This document shows positions 7,948-15,916 of a stretch of 24,000 nt of DNA, one piece after another. The notes beneath the pieces were generated by a model that made no database searches, was not told the DNA's origin, and saw only the letters and a program-made list of their open reading frames with translations. The stretch covers positions 1-24,000 of the forward strand of contig JAHKLT010000055.1 in the NCBI GenBank assembly GCA_020854915.1, given 5' to 3'. Numbering within the stretch: position 1 is the stretch's first letter; each line of letters opens with the position of its first letter. The DNA comes from Methanobacteriaceae archaeon (lineage in GTDB: Archaea > Methanobacteriota > Methanobacteria > Methanobacteriales > Methanobacteriaceae). Position numbers and translations under genes: made by a program.

Positions 7948-8610
7948 ATGGAAGACAATCAAAATAATATGCCTCTTTTAGGGGATGAATTTCCAGAAAT
8001 GAATGTATTAACAACAAAAGGAATGATGAATTTACCTGGTGATTTTAAAGGAAAATGGTTTATTTTATTTAGCCATCCATCAGATTATACACCAGTTTGT
8101 ACAACAGAATTCGTTGCATTTGAGAAAAGATATGATGAATTTAAAGACCTTAACTGTGAATTAGTTGGTTTAAGTGTTGATCAAGTTTTCTCTCATATTA
8201 AATGGGTAGAATGGATAAAAGAAAACCTTGATGTAGATATATCATTTCCGATTATAGCTGATACTGGTAATGTAGCTAGTACTTTAGGTATTATTCATCC
8301 TGGAAAAGGATCAACAACTGTAAGAGCAGTATTTGTAGTTGATCCAGAAGGAAAATTAAGAACAATACTCTACTATCCTCAAGAACTTGGAAGAAACTTT
8401 GATGAAATATTAAGAATTGTAAAAGCTTTACAAATTGGAGATAAAAATGGAGTAGCTATGCCAGCAAACTGGCCTGAAAATGAATTAATAGGTGATGAAG
8501 TAATTGTTCCACCAGAACCAAATTTAAATAAAATTCCTGAAAGATTTAAAAAAGCTGAAGCGGGAGAATTTGCTTGCTATGATTGGTGGTTCTGTTATAA
8601 AAAACTTTAA
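7948..8610 (+). CDS. Peroxiredoxin (archaeal Prx6-like thiol peroxidase, AhpC/TSA family)
   Basis: Peroxidatic Cys motif '[10 protein letters not shown]'. C-terminal 'CYDWWFC' pair is typical of archaeal 3-Cys peroxiredoxins. Length is about 220 aa. Confidence 0.88.
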   Translation: MEDNQNNMPLLGDEFPEMNVLTTKGMMNLPGDFKGKWFILFSHPSDYTPVCTTEFVAFEKRYDEFKDLNCELVGLSVDQVFSHIKWVEWIKENLDVDISFPIIADTGNVASTLGIIHPGKGSTTVRAVFVVDPEGKLRTILYYPQELGRNFDEILRIVKALQIGDKNGVAMPANWPENELIGDEVIVPPEPNLNKIPERFKKAEAGEFACYDWWFCYKKL

Positions 8611-8707
8611 ATTTTAATTATTTCTTTTTTTTTATTTTTATATAGGTTAAAAATAAGTATTATATTCTCAAAAACAAAGAAAATTACTTTATTTAATAAT
8701 AAAAGCA

Positions 8708-8755
8708 ATTTATTTCTTGAAAAAGTTAATTTTATCTAACACTCTTTCTAATTTT
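8708..8755 (+). promoter_or_regulatory. Recurrent ALP-leader motif, copy B (orphan: no intact ALP gene downstream)
   Basis: atttatTTCTTGAAAAAGttaATTTTatCtaACACTCtttcTAATTTT matches copy C (10224-10271) at 35 of 48 positions with no gaps, including essentially all G/C positions. It shares ACTCTTTC with copy A. Confidence 0.45.
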
Positions 8756-8885
8756 TAATAATTTACTATACATTTAGAATTATAATAAGGATTATAATAT
8801 TTTTTTATTTTATAGTCATTATGATAAAGTTTATCATTATTAATTTATATTTATCCAATGTTTATTCATCCAATTTACAGCACAT

Positions 8886-9989
8886 TTAGTTGTTTTTTTT
8901 AAATTCTTCAAATCCTTCAATTACTTTTTCTTTAATTTTTTCTGCATTTTCAAGAAATAAAGGTGATAATTATCTTTTTATCTTTTTCATAGGAGTTTCA
9001 GTGGGATTTAATTTAGGCGTATATTTTGGAATAAAAAGCAAATAAATGTCATGATATTTAGCATTAATGGTAAAATAATATGGATAGTGGGATGGGAAGT
9101 TATTTAAAAGCATTACTATTGGTTTTTCTGAGTTTTTTTATAAAATTAAATAATAGGCCATGTAATATGCTTTTTTGTGGATTTTTTTAAGAATTCTATA
9201 TGATTTTCCCCATTTGGATTGTAATAAATAATTGTATTCGTTCTTTTCCTATCAGAATTTTTTTCTATGAGATTATTTTCAAAGTACCATACTCTTTGTG
9301 AATTTTCTGTGTTATTAAAAGATCATTCATCCATAAAAATAAAAACAATATCATTAAAATCAATATTTTTATCTTTCAATTCTTTTTTAATCTTAATTAC
9401 TTGTTCATGTAATATTTCATCAGCATTTTCAGGTTCTTTAGTATATTTTGGATAAGGCTTTCCATATTTCGCACCAAAACTCTTTAAAACATGAGGCAAT
9501 CATGAAACTGCATTAATCAATTCCCCATTTATTTTTAATATGTTCTTTTATTTGTTTAGTTGTTTTTAAGTCTAGATTTAACATATCTTCTTTTAATTCT
9601 TTCTTTTGATTCTCAGTTAATTTAGATGACCTACCTTCTCCCCATTTATATTTTATACCTTCTAATCCTTTTTCATTCCACTTATCTAACCATCTTAATC
9701 CACTTTCATACCCATATCCTACAATATCTGCAAAGGATATTTAACCGAGAAAGAAGTAGAAGAATTAACTTTCATACCCATATCCTACAATATCTGCTGA
9801 TTCTTTAATAGTTTTAGACTCATAAAAGACTTTTTATAAAAATCATGATTTTAACTACTTCTGATTCCATGCTTTTTGAATAATTTTAGTAATTTCATCC
9901 ATACTTAAATATTTAATTAATTTTTTCTGACTATTAGGAATTTTAATAGTTTCATAATCTTCACAAGAATTATTATCAATATAATTCAT
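8886..9989 (-). pseudogene. IS630-family transposase pseudogene (multiple nonsense codons and frameshifts)
   Basis: Minus-strand translation begins MNYIDNNSCEDYETIKIPNSQKKLIKYLSMDEITKIIQKAWNQK*LKS*FL*KVFYESKTIKESADIVGYGYES...GLRWLDKWNEKGLEGIKYKWGEGRSSKLTENQKKELKEDM (HTH region). After frameshifts it continues ...HVLKSFGAKYGKPYPKYTKEPENADE...IVFIFMDE*SFNNTENSQRVWYFENN... and ...IVMLLNNFPSHY...LLFIPKYTPKLNPTE (IS630-like DDE segments). No single frame is open. Confidence 0.8.
9703..9797. repeat. Two perfect 29-bp direct repeats separated by 37 bp, inside the transposase pseudogene
   Basis: ctttcatacccatatcctacaatatctgc occurs at 9703-9731 and again at 9769-9797 (period 66 bp). On the minus strand each copy encodes ADIVGYGYES. 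Confidence 0.9.
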
Positions 9990-10038
9990 AAATTAATATT
10001 TAAAATTTATTATTGATAAACTTTACCATTATAACTAT

Positions 10039-10122
10039 AATTTAAATCCTGGTAACTATATAGCTACAGCTTATTATAAGAGTTATGCTACATCAAATAA
10101 AATACTTGTAAATAGACCTTAA
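10039..10122 (+). pseudogene. 3' stub (27 codons plus stop) of an adhesin-like protein gene, abutting the IS end
   Basis: Translates NLNPGNYIATAYYKSYATSNKILVNRP*. This is the same terminal sequence type as the ALPs ending at 399, 5174 and 12879 (e.g. NLNPGDYIATATWNEYSTSNKVIVEK*). There is no upstream ORF because the IS right end is at 10037. Confidence 0.75.
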
Positions 10123-10223
10123 AATTAAATTTTTTTTCTTTTTTTATAAAGTTGAGGATCGGCCAAAATTCAAAATCATTTTCTTAAAACGATAGATTAA
10201 TACTTTGTTTGAGATTTAAAGAA

Positions 10224-10271
10224 ACATCTTTCTTGAAAAAGGTATTTTTGTCCGACACTCAAGTTAATTTT
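10224..10271 (+). promoter_or_regulatory. Recurrent ALP-leader motif, copy C
   Basis: acatctTTCTTGAAAAAGgtaTTTTTgtCcgACACTCaagtTAATTTT lies about 125-135 nt upstream of the ALP start. A partial extra copy of the 3' half (ttttcttaaaacgatagattaatactttg) is at about 10178-10208. Confidence 0.45.
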
Positions 10272-10395
10272 GGTAGGAATTTAACTTAATTTTATAAACA
10301 AACTTTTCAATAAACTTATTAATCTTTAATATTAAATATATTAGCCTCAAATGTGTTAAAATACATATTTGATTAATAAATTAAGAGGTGAAAAT

Positions 10396-12879
10396 TTGAA
10401 CTTAAAAAAATTGATAATAATTTCATTGATAATGTTTTTAGCTATTGGTATAGTTAACGCTGAAAATAGTACTGAAGATATTAATGAACCTATTATTGCT
10501 AATGAAAACAATAATAATGATAAACCTGATTTAAATTTAGAGGAGTATGTTGTTAGTTCTTCTGATACTATTAATAATGATCTTTCTTCTAAATATGAAA
10601 TAAATGATGAAAATTACAATGATTATTTTAATTCATCTACTGGTTATTTATTGGATAATACTAATATAAGTGATGGTGATGTTCTTAAAATAGGTAATGT
10701 TACTAATAAAACATTTAATATTGATAGATATTTAAATATCACATCAATTTCTTCAAATGATATTATTAAAGATTCATATATTTCTTTAAATGATAATAGT
10801 TCTGGGACTAATATCTTTAATTTAACATTTAATGGTGGAAAAAATGATAACGGTGTGTTGAGTATATCTGATGGTATTAAAAATATTAATATTAATAATT
10901 GTTTCTTTAATAATTATCATGCATCTATTTTTATGAAATTAGTAGATAATATTAACATTTATAATAATTCTTTTAATATTACATCTAATAATAAATCTAA
11001 ATCTTTTGCTGTTTCTATGTCTGGTTCAGTAAATGTTGATATTTATAATAATTTATTTAAATTAAATAGCATTGATACTAATTATACTAATGCTATTGTA
11101 GGTGATGGTATTAATGTATCTATAGATGATAATGATTTTGCTGTTTCTGGTAATAATAATGTTTATTCTATAAAAATTAATGGGGATGGTATTGATATAT
11201 CTAATAATACTATTTCTACATCCGTACCAAATATTGTAGCTAATTGGGATCTTTGGCCTATTATAGGTTATAATTCTGGTAGTCTTAATATTGATGGAAA
11301 TAATGTTAATATTATAAATAATAGTATTGAAACAATAGTTAATAATATTTCTATTTCAGGTGGTACTATTGTTGGAATAAGTATTTCTAATAGTGATAAT
11401 TTAACTTTTAAAGATAACAATGTATTTACTAAAGGAACTGATTATGTTTATGGTCTAGATATTGCTAATGTTGGTAGTGCTAATGTCCTTGTTTTAGATA
11501 ATAATATTAAAAGTGAAAGTAAAGATACTGCATATGCTTTAAAATTAACTGCATATCCTGAAGGTGTTATTTCTGGAAATAATCTTTCAGCAGCTGCTAA
11601 TTTGACTTATACTGTCCTTTTAGAAGGAAATATGATGGGATTATATGGAACTAATGGATTTGTTAATTTCACTAATAATAACATTTCAAGTCTTGCTAAT
11701 TACTCAGTTGGTATAGATGTTTATGATTTAAGTAATTCTGTATTTGTTAATAATGCAATAAATGGAAATGGAATCTATTCTTTAGGTCTTCGTTTAGTAG
11801 GGGGTTCTAGTAATAATACTTTTATTAATAATAAAGTCGATGTTAATGGTATTGGAAATGGTACTAATGTTAAAGTTGGTTATGATGGTTTTTATTTTGA
11901 TAATACTGGATTTAAATTATTTGCAGGTGCAAATAACAATACAATCATAGCTAATCATATTGTAACTAATGGTACTTATGCTGTACTTTTAAATAATACA
12001 ATTCATAATAATACAGTCACTGAAAATTATTTATATGGAAAAGATTTATTAGGTGATAATAGTGTAATTTATGTTGGTAATAATACTGTTATTGATAATT
12101 ATCCTAAAACTTCAGTTTTAAATGCTAGTAATATTGTAATGTATTATAAAAATGGTACTAAATATATTGTTTATTTAACTGATGGTGATGGAAAAGCTAT
12201 TGCTAATGAAACTGTTATTATTTCAGTAAATGGTGTAAGTTATACTAAAATTACTGATACAAATGGAATAGCTACTTTAAATTTAAATTTATTACCAAAT
12301 AATTATACTATAACTACTGTCTTTAATTCAGATAAATACTTAAATACCTCTATTACTACTAATTTAACTGTTTTAACTGTTTTATCTGGAAATAATTTAG
12401 TTAAATATTATCGCAATGGTACACAGTATAATATTAAAGTTTTAGATGCTCAAGGTAATCCTTTAGCTCATACTAATGTTTCATTTAATATTAATGGTGT
12501 ATTTTATACTAGAAATACTAATGTTAATGGAACAGCTACTTTGAACATTAACCTTTACCCAGGTAATTATACTATCACATCAACTTTTAATGGTTTAAGT
12601 ATGTCTAATAGTATTGAAGTTTTACCTACTTTAATTGGTAAAGATTTAACTAAGAACTTTGGTGAAGCTGCAACTTATGATATCGATGTTTTAGATGGTC
12701 AAGGTAATCCTTTAGCTAATCAAACAGTATCTATTAATATTAATGGCGTATTATATAATAAGATTAGTGATGTTAATGGAATTGCTAGATTGAATATTAA
12801 TTTAAATCCTGGTGATTACATTGCAACAGCTACTTGGAATGAATATTCTACATCAAATAAAGTTATTGTTGAAAAATAA
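10396..12879 (+). CDS. Adhesin-like surface protein: signal peptide, right-handed beta-helix (NosD/pectin-lyase-like) repeats and three C-terminal Ig-like cassettes
   Basis: TTG at 10396 is preceded by AGAGGTGA with 5-nt spacing and gives a clean signal peptide, MNLKKLIIISLIMFLAIGIVNA. The ORF is also open from TTG 10369. The central region is long and Asn/Ile/Thr-rich with repeated 'N.I..N.I' beta-helix-like turns. Three cassettes sit at the C-terminus. Confidence 0.85.
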   Translation: MNLKKLIIISLIMFLAIGIVNAENSTEDINEPIIANENNNNDKPDLNLEEYVVSSSDTINNDLSSKYEINDENYNDYFNSSTGYLLDNTNISDGDVLKIGNVTNKTFNIDRYLNITSISSNDIIKDSYISLNDNSSGTNIFNLTFNGGKNDNGVLSISDGIKNININNCFFNNYHASIFMKLVDNINIYNNSFNITSNNKSKSFAVSMSGSVNVDIYNNLFKLNSIDTNYTNAIVGDGINVSIDDNDFAVSGNNNVYSIKINGDGIDISNNTISTSVPNIVANWDLWPIIGYNSGSLNIDGNNVNIINNSIETIVNNISISGGTIVGISISNSDNLTFKDNNVFTKGTDYVYGLDIANVGSANVLVLDNNIKSESKDTAYALKLTAYPEGVISGNNLSAAANLTYTVLLEGNMMGLYGTNGFVNFTNNNISSLANYSVGIDVYDLSNSVFVNNAINGNGIYSLGLRLVGGSSNNTFINNKVDVNGIGNGTNVKVGYDGFYFDNTGFKLFAGANNNTIIANHIVTNGTYAVLLNNTIHNNTVTENYLYGKDLLGDNSVIYVGNNTVIDNYPKTSVLNASNIVMYYKNGTKYIVYLTDGDGKAIANETVIISVNGVSYTKITDTNGIATLNLNLLPNNYTITTVFNSDKYLNTSITTNLTVLTVLSGNNLVKYYRNGTQYNIKVLDAQGNPLAHTNVSFNINGVFYTRNTNVNGTATLNINLYPGNYTITSTFNGLSMSNSIEVLPTLIGKDLTKNFGEAATYDIDVLDGQGNPLANQTVSININGVLYNKISDVNGIARLNINLNPGDYIATATWNEYSTSNKVIVEK
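12115..12876 (+). repeat. Three tandem roughly 85-aa ALP C-terminal cassettes (coding repeat)
   Basis: MYYKNGTKYIVYLTDGDGKAIANETVIISVNGVSYTKITDTNGIATLNLNLLPNNYTIT; KYYRNGTQYNIKVLDAQGNPLAHTNVSFNINGVFYTRNTNVNGTATLNINLYPGNYTIT; ...YDIDVLDGQGNPLANQTVSININGVLYNKISDVNGIARLNINLNPGDYIAT. Confidence 0.8.
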
Positions 12880-12891
12880 TTTATATTATAC

Positions 12892-12934
12892 TTTTTCTTC
12901 TATTTTTTAGAAGAAAAATCTTTTTTTTTATTTT
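12892..12934 (+). terminator. Hairpin plus T-run after the ALP gene
   Basis: TTTTTCTTCTA (12892-12902) / TAGAAGAAAAA (12908-12918) form a perfect 11-bp stem with a T5 loop. It is followed by tcTTTTTTTTTaTTTT. Confidence 0.5.
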
Positions 12935-13055
12935 AAATAGCTATTTTTAAAATATTTTTTTAATGATTTTTAAATCAATAATATTATTAATAATAAAAAT
13001 TAAATTTAATAGTATTATTTTTTAAAGATTATAATTATAATTTAAAGGTGGATTA

Positions 13056-14648
13056 ATGTCATTTATAACATTTAAAAATATCGGTAAATCATTTAATGGT
13101 GTTGAAGTATTAAAAAATATTAATTTAAAAATCGAAGAAGGTCAGACCTTAGGTATCTTAGGACGTAGTGGTAGTGGAAAATCTATTTTAATTAATATGC
13201 TTAGAGGTACAAAGGATTATGCTCCAGATGAAGGGCAAATTATTTATGAATTAGCAGTTTGTCCAGAATGTTTATATGTAGAGTCTCCATCTTATGAAAA
13301 TGAAAAATGTAAGTGTGGAGGAACATATAAAAAAGAAAGTATTGATTTTTTTAATTGTGATAGAAAATTATTTGCTTCTATTAAAAGACGAATAGCTATT
13401 ATGCTTCAGAGAAATTTTGCATTGTATGATGAAGAAACTGTTATTGAAAATGTTATGAAAGCTATGGGTGATGATGATGACTTTGAGGATAATCTTTATG
13501 AAGCTTTAGATTATCTAGAAATGGTTCAAATGAATCATAGAATTACTCATGTTGCAAGGGACTTAAGTGGTGGAGAAAAGCAAAGAGTAGTTCTTGCACG
13601 TCAACTCGCGAAAAAACCAATGTTATTTTTAGCGGATGAACCTACAGGTACTTTAGATCCTCAAACTGCTGAGAAACTTCATCAAACTTTAATAGATGCT
13701 GTTAAAGATAAGGGTATTACAATGCTTATTACTTCTCATTGGCCTGAAGTTATGAATAAATTAGCAGATTATGTTATCTGGCTTGAAAAAGGTGAAATTG
13801 TAGAAGAAGGTAATTCTGAAGAAATCGTTCAAAAATTTTTAGATACTGTTCCTTTGCCTGAGAAAAAAGAAGTTCCAAACATTGGTGATGATGAAATTAT
13901 AATTAAAGATATTAAAAAACATTATTATTCTATTGAAAGAGGAGTTATTAAAGCTGTTGATGGTGTTTCTTTAGATATCGATAAGAATGAAATATTTGGA
14001 ATTGTTGGTCTTAGTGGATCTGGTAAAACAACTTTAACTCGTATGTTAATTGGTTTAACTGAACCTAGTGATGGTGATATTGAAGTTAAATTAGGTGATG
14101 ATTGGATTGATATGACTAAAGTAGGCCCATTAAACAGAGGTCGTGTTATTCCATATATTGGACTTTTACATCAAGAATATTCACTCTATCCTCATAGAAC
14201 TGTTTTAGGTAATTTGACTGATGCTATTAGTTTAGAACTACCTGCTGAATTTGGTAAGATTAGAGCTATTGATGTTTTAACTACTGTTGGATTTGATAGC
14301 ACTCAAGCTCAAAATATTTTAAATAAATATCCTGATTCATTAAGTGGTGGTGAAAGACATAGGGTAGCTCTTGCACAGGTATTGATTAAAGAACCTAATA
14401 TCATTGTTTTAGATGAGCCAACTGGTACTATGGATCCAATCACTAGAATAACTGTAACTGATTCTATATTAAAAGCTAGAAAAGATTTGGGTCAAACTTT
14501 TTTAATTGTTTCTCATGATATGGATTTTGTTTTAGATGTTTGTGATCGAGCAGCTTTGATGAGAGGTGGAAAAGTTCTTAAAACTGGTAAACCTGAAGAA
14601 ATTGTTAAAGATTTATCAGTTGATGAAAAAGAGAAAATGTTAAATTAA
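13056..14648 (+). CDS. atwA: Methyl-coenzyme M reductase system component A2 (AtwA), duplicated ABC-ATPase
   Basis: 530 aa with two ABC cassettes. Walker A motifs are GRSGSGKS and GLSGSGKT; signature motifs are LSGGEKQR and LSGGERHR; Walker B motifs are [12 protein letters not shown] and [12 protein letters not shown]. There are no TM domains. A CxxC-x12-CxC insertion sits in domain 1. Size and architecture match the methanogen-specific A2 family. Confidence 0.8.
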   Translation: MSFITFKNIGKSFNGVEVLKNINLKIEEGQTLGILGRSGSGKSILINMLRGTKDYAPDEGQIIYELAVCPECLYVESPSYENEKCKCGGTYKKESIDFFNCDRKLFASIKRRIAIMLQRNFALYDEETVIENVMKAMGDDDDFEDNLYEALDYLEMVQMNHRITHVARDLSGGEKQRVVLARQLAKKPMLFLADEPTGTLDPQTAEKLHQTLIDAVKDKGITMLITSHWPEVMNKLADYVIWLEKGEIVEEGNSEEIVQKFLDTVPLPEKKEVPNIGDDEIIIKDIKKHYYSIERGVIKAVDGVSLDIDKNEIFGIVGLSGSGKTTLTRMLIGLTEPSDGDIEVKLGDDWIDMTKVGPLNRGRVIPYIGLLHQEYSLYPHRTVLGNLTDAISLELPAEFGKIRAIDVLTTVGFDSTQAQNILNKYPDSLSGGERHRVALAQVLIKEPNIIVLDEPTGTMDPITRITVTDSILKARKDLGQTFLIVSHDMDFVLDVCDRAALMRGGKVLKTGKPEEIVKDLSVDEKEKMLN

Positions 14649-14782
14649 TTTTTCTTTTATTTTTAATTTTAATAAATTTTTATTTTGGAAAATATTAAAT
14701 ACTTATTTTTATATATTATTAATAGTTATATTTTGTATTATATAGTTTAGGAACTAATATAATATTTAAGGAGATTTTTGTT

Positions 14783-15274
14783 ATGGTATGGAATGATGCG
14801 CCTTCCCATGTATGTAGGGGTGGTGATGTTAGAGGATTAGCTTTTTGTTGTCCTCCAGTTAAGCCTTGTCCGGTTTTAAACGCTTTAAATGAGGTTGAAC
14901 TTACGCCTCAGGAATATATTGATATTAAAAATGAATTTGCAGAAGAAACACGATTGGGTGAAGGTTCAGCTACTTGTTTTGGATCATTAGTCTGGTGTTG
15001 TAAACCATCTAAACCTTGTCCTTTAAGGGATGGCACATTAAAACAAATTGGTATGTCTGAAGATGAATATATGGATTTAAAAAAAGATTTAGCAGAAACT
15101 TTAACTGAAAAAGTTAATAATAATCCAGAAAATGATGAAAAAAATGCTTCAATACTTGCAGACTCTTTTAATATTCCTGAATCTGAAGCTTCAAAAGTTT
15201 TAAACGATTGTAATAATGATTTAAGAATGGCTTTAAAAGTTTTAAAAGTTAAATCTTTAGAAAATGCTGAATAA
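14783..15274 (+). CDS. Methanogenesis marker domain 9 protein (duplicated [FW]CCxxxKPCP motif) with a C-terminal UBA-like segment
   Basis: Two copies of the signature are present: '[12 protein letters not shown]' and '[12 protein letters not shown]'. Each is followed by '(T/S).(Q/D)EY(I/M)D(I/L)K'. There are eight Cys in the N-terminal roughly 85 aa. This matches what I remember of the TIGRFAM 'methanogenesis marker domain 9' description (two [WFY]CCxxKPCP motifs, 8 invariant Cys). Confidence 0.7.
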   Translation: MVWNDAPSHVCRGGDVRGLAFCCPPVKPCPVLNALNEVELTPQEYIDIKNEFAEETRLGEGSATCFGSLVWCCKPSKPCPLRDGTLKQIGMSEDEYMDLKKDLAETLTEKVNNNPENDEKNASILADSFNIPESEASKVLNDCNNDLRMALKVLKVKSLENAE

Positions 15275-15286
15275 ATATTGGTTTTT

Positions 15287-15904
15287 ATGGATTGGACTTC
15301 TCTTTATTTTAAAACAAATGATTTAAATGTTCTTATTTTAGGTACTGGTGAAGTTGCAACAAGAAGAGCTAATAGATTTTTAGATAAGAATTCTAATGTT
15401 ATATTGGTAGGTAACTCTCTTAATGATGAATTAATAGAAAAAAGAGCTATTTTAAAAGATCAATCTGAAATTGATGATTTAGTTAAATGGTCAGATTTAA
15501 TAATAATAGCTACAGGGGATATTGATTTAGCAGACTATGTTACAAATATTGGGAGAGATAAATTAGTTAACAGGGCAGATAACCCAAATTTAGCTAATTT
15601 GATTGTTCCAACTACATTTAAGATTGAAGATGTTGAAATTTCTATTTTTACAGGTGGTAAAAGTCCATTAATGGCTCATGAACTTAGAAAAAAGATCCAA
15701 AACATAATCACTTCAGAAGATATTTTAGAAATTAAAATCCAGGACTATGGTCGAAAACTTTTAAAGAATAAAGTTCTAAATCAAAAAGATCGAAGAGATT
15801 ATTTATATTCTTTTTTAAAAGATGAAATTTTAAATAATTATATTAAAAATAATGATTTAAAAGGAGCTAAATTATATTTAAAAAATTTAATTAATGATAT
15901 TTAG
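15287..15904 (+). CDS. sirC: Precorrin-2 dehydrogenase / sirohydrochlorin ferrochelatase-type protein (SirC / CysG N-terminal domain family)
   Basis: Rossmann start 'LNVLILGTGEVATRRANRFLDKNSNVILVG', about 205 aa, immediately upstream of hemA. The start is ATG 15287 or in-frame TTG 15278. Confidence 0.7.
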   Translation: MDWTSLYFKTNDLNVLILGTGEVATRRANRFLDKNSNVILVGNSLNDELIEKRAILKDQSEIDDLVKWSDLIIIATGDIDLADYVTNIGRDKLVNRADNPNLANLIVPTTFKIEDVEISIFTGGKSPLMAHELRKKIQNIITSEDILEIKIQDYGRKLLKNKVLNQKDRRDYLYSFLKDEILNNYIKNNDLKGAKLYLKNLINDI

Positions 15905-15916
15905 GGATTTGGTTAA

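Larger units (their letters stand above)
8813..10037 (-). mobile_element. IS630/Tc1-mariner-family insertion sequence (1,225 bp), non-autonomous (decayed)
   Basis: Terminal inverted repeats: left TAGTCATTATGATAAAGTTTATCATTATTAATTT (8813->) versus the reverse complement of the right end TAGTTATAATGGTAAAGTTTATCAATAATAAATT (10037->). They match at 21/24, and about 30/37 when extended. Both ends are flanked by TA (8811-8812, 10038-10039), the IS630-family target duplication. The element contains a DDE-type transposase remnant. Confidence 0.8.

Noticed and set aside
9330-9345. In-frame TGA directly after the transposase 'FMDE' motif as possible recoding (Sec or read-through), or a programmed frameshift in the IS630 transposase
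   Set aside because: The same gene carries three further nonsense codons of all three types within 8 codons, plus several frameshifts. No SECIS-like structure is evident. Decay is the simpler explanation.
9703-9797. A 29-bp repeat, 37-bp spacer and 29-bp repeat, with dimensions that look like a minimal CRISPR array
   Set aside because: There are only two copies and no leader or cas genes nearby. The repeat is ordinary transposase coding sequence (it encodes ADIVGYGYES in the HTH region) inside an IS with clear terminal inverted repeats. It is better explained as an internal insertion/duplication.
9267-9808. Plus-strand ORFs 9267-9455 and 9626-9808 from the ORF track
   Set aside because: They are antisense to the IS630 transposase pseudogene and have low-complexity, hydrophobic translations (for example FHTHILQYL repeated because of the 29-bp duplication). 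They have no Shine-Dalgarno. I consider them spurious.
10140-10270. Locally G/C-richer patch (gttgaggatcggcc ... tgtccgacactcaag) upstream of the large ALP, as a possible small structured RNA or tRNA fragment
   Set aside because: I could find only 4-5 bp complementary segments (ttgag/ctcaa, cttga/tcaag). None is conserved in the related leader copies at 3262 and 8708, and there is no tRNA-like cloverleaf. I treated it as part of the ALP leader motif instead.
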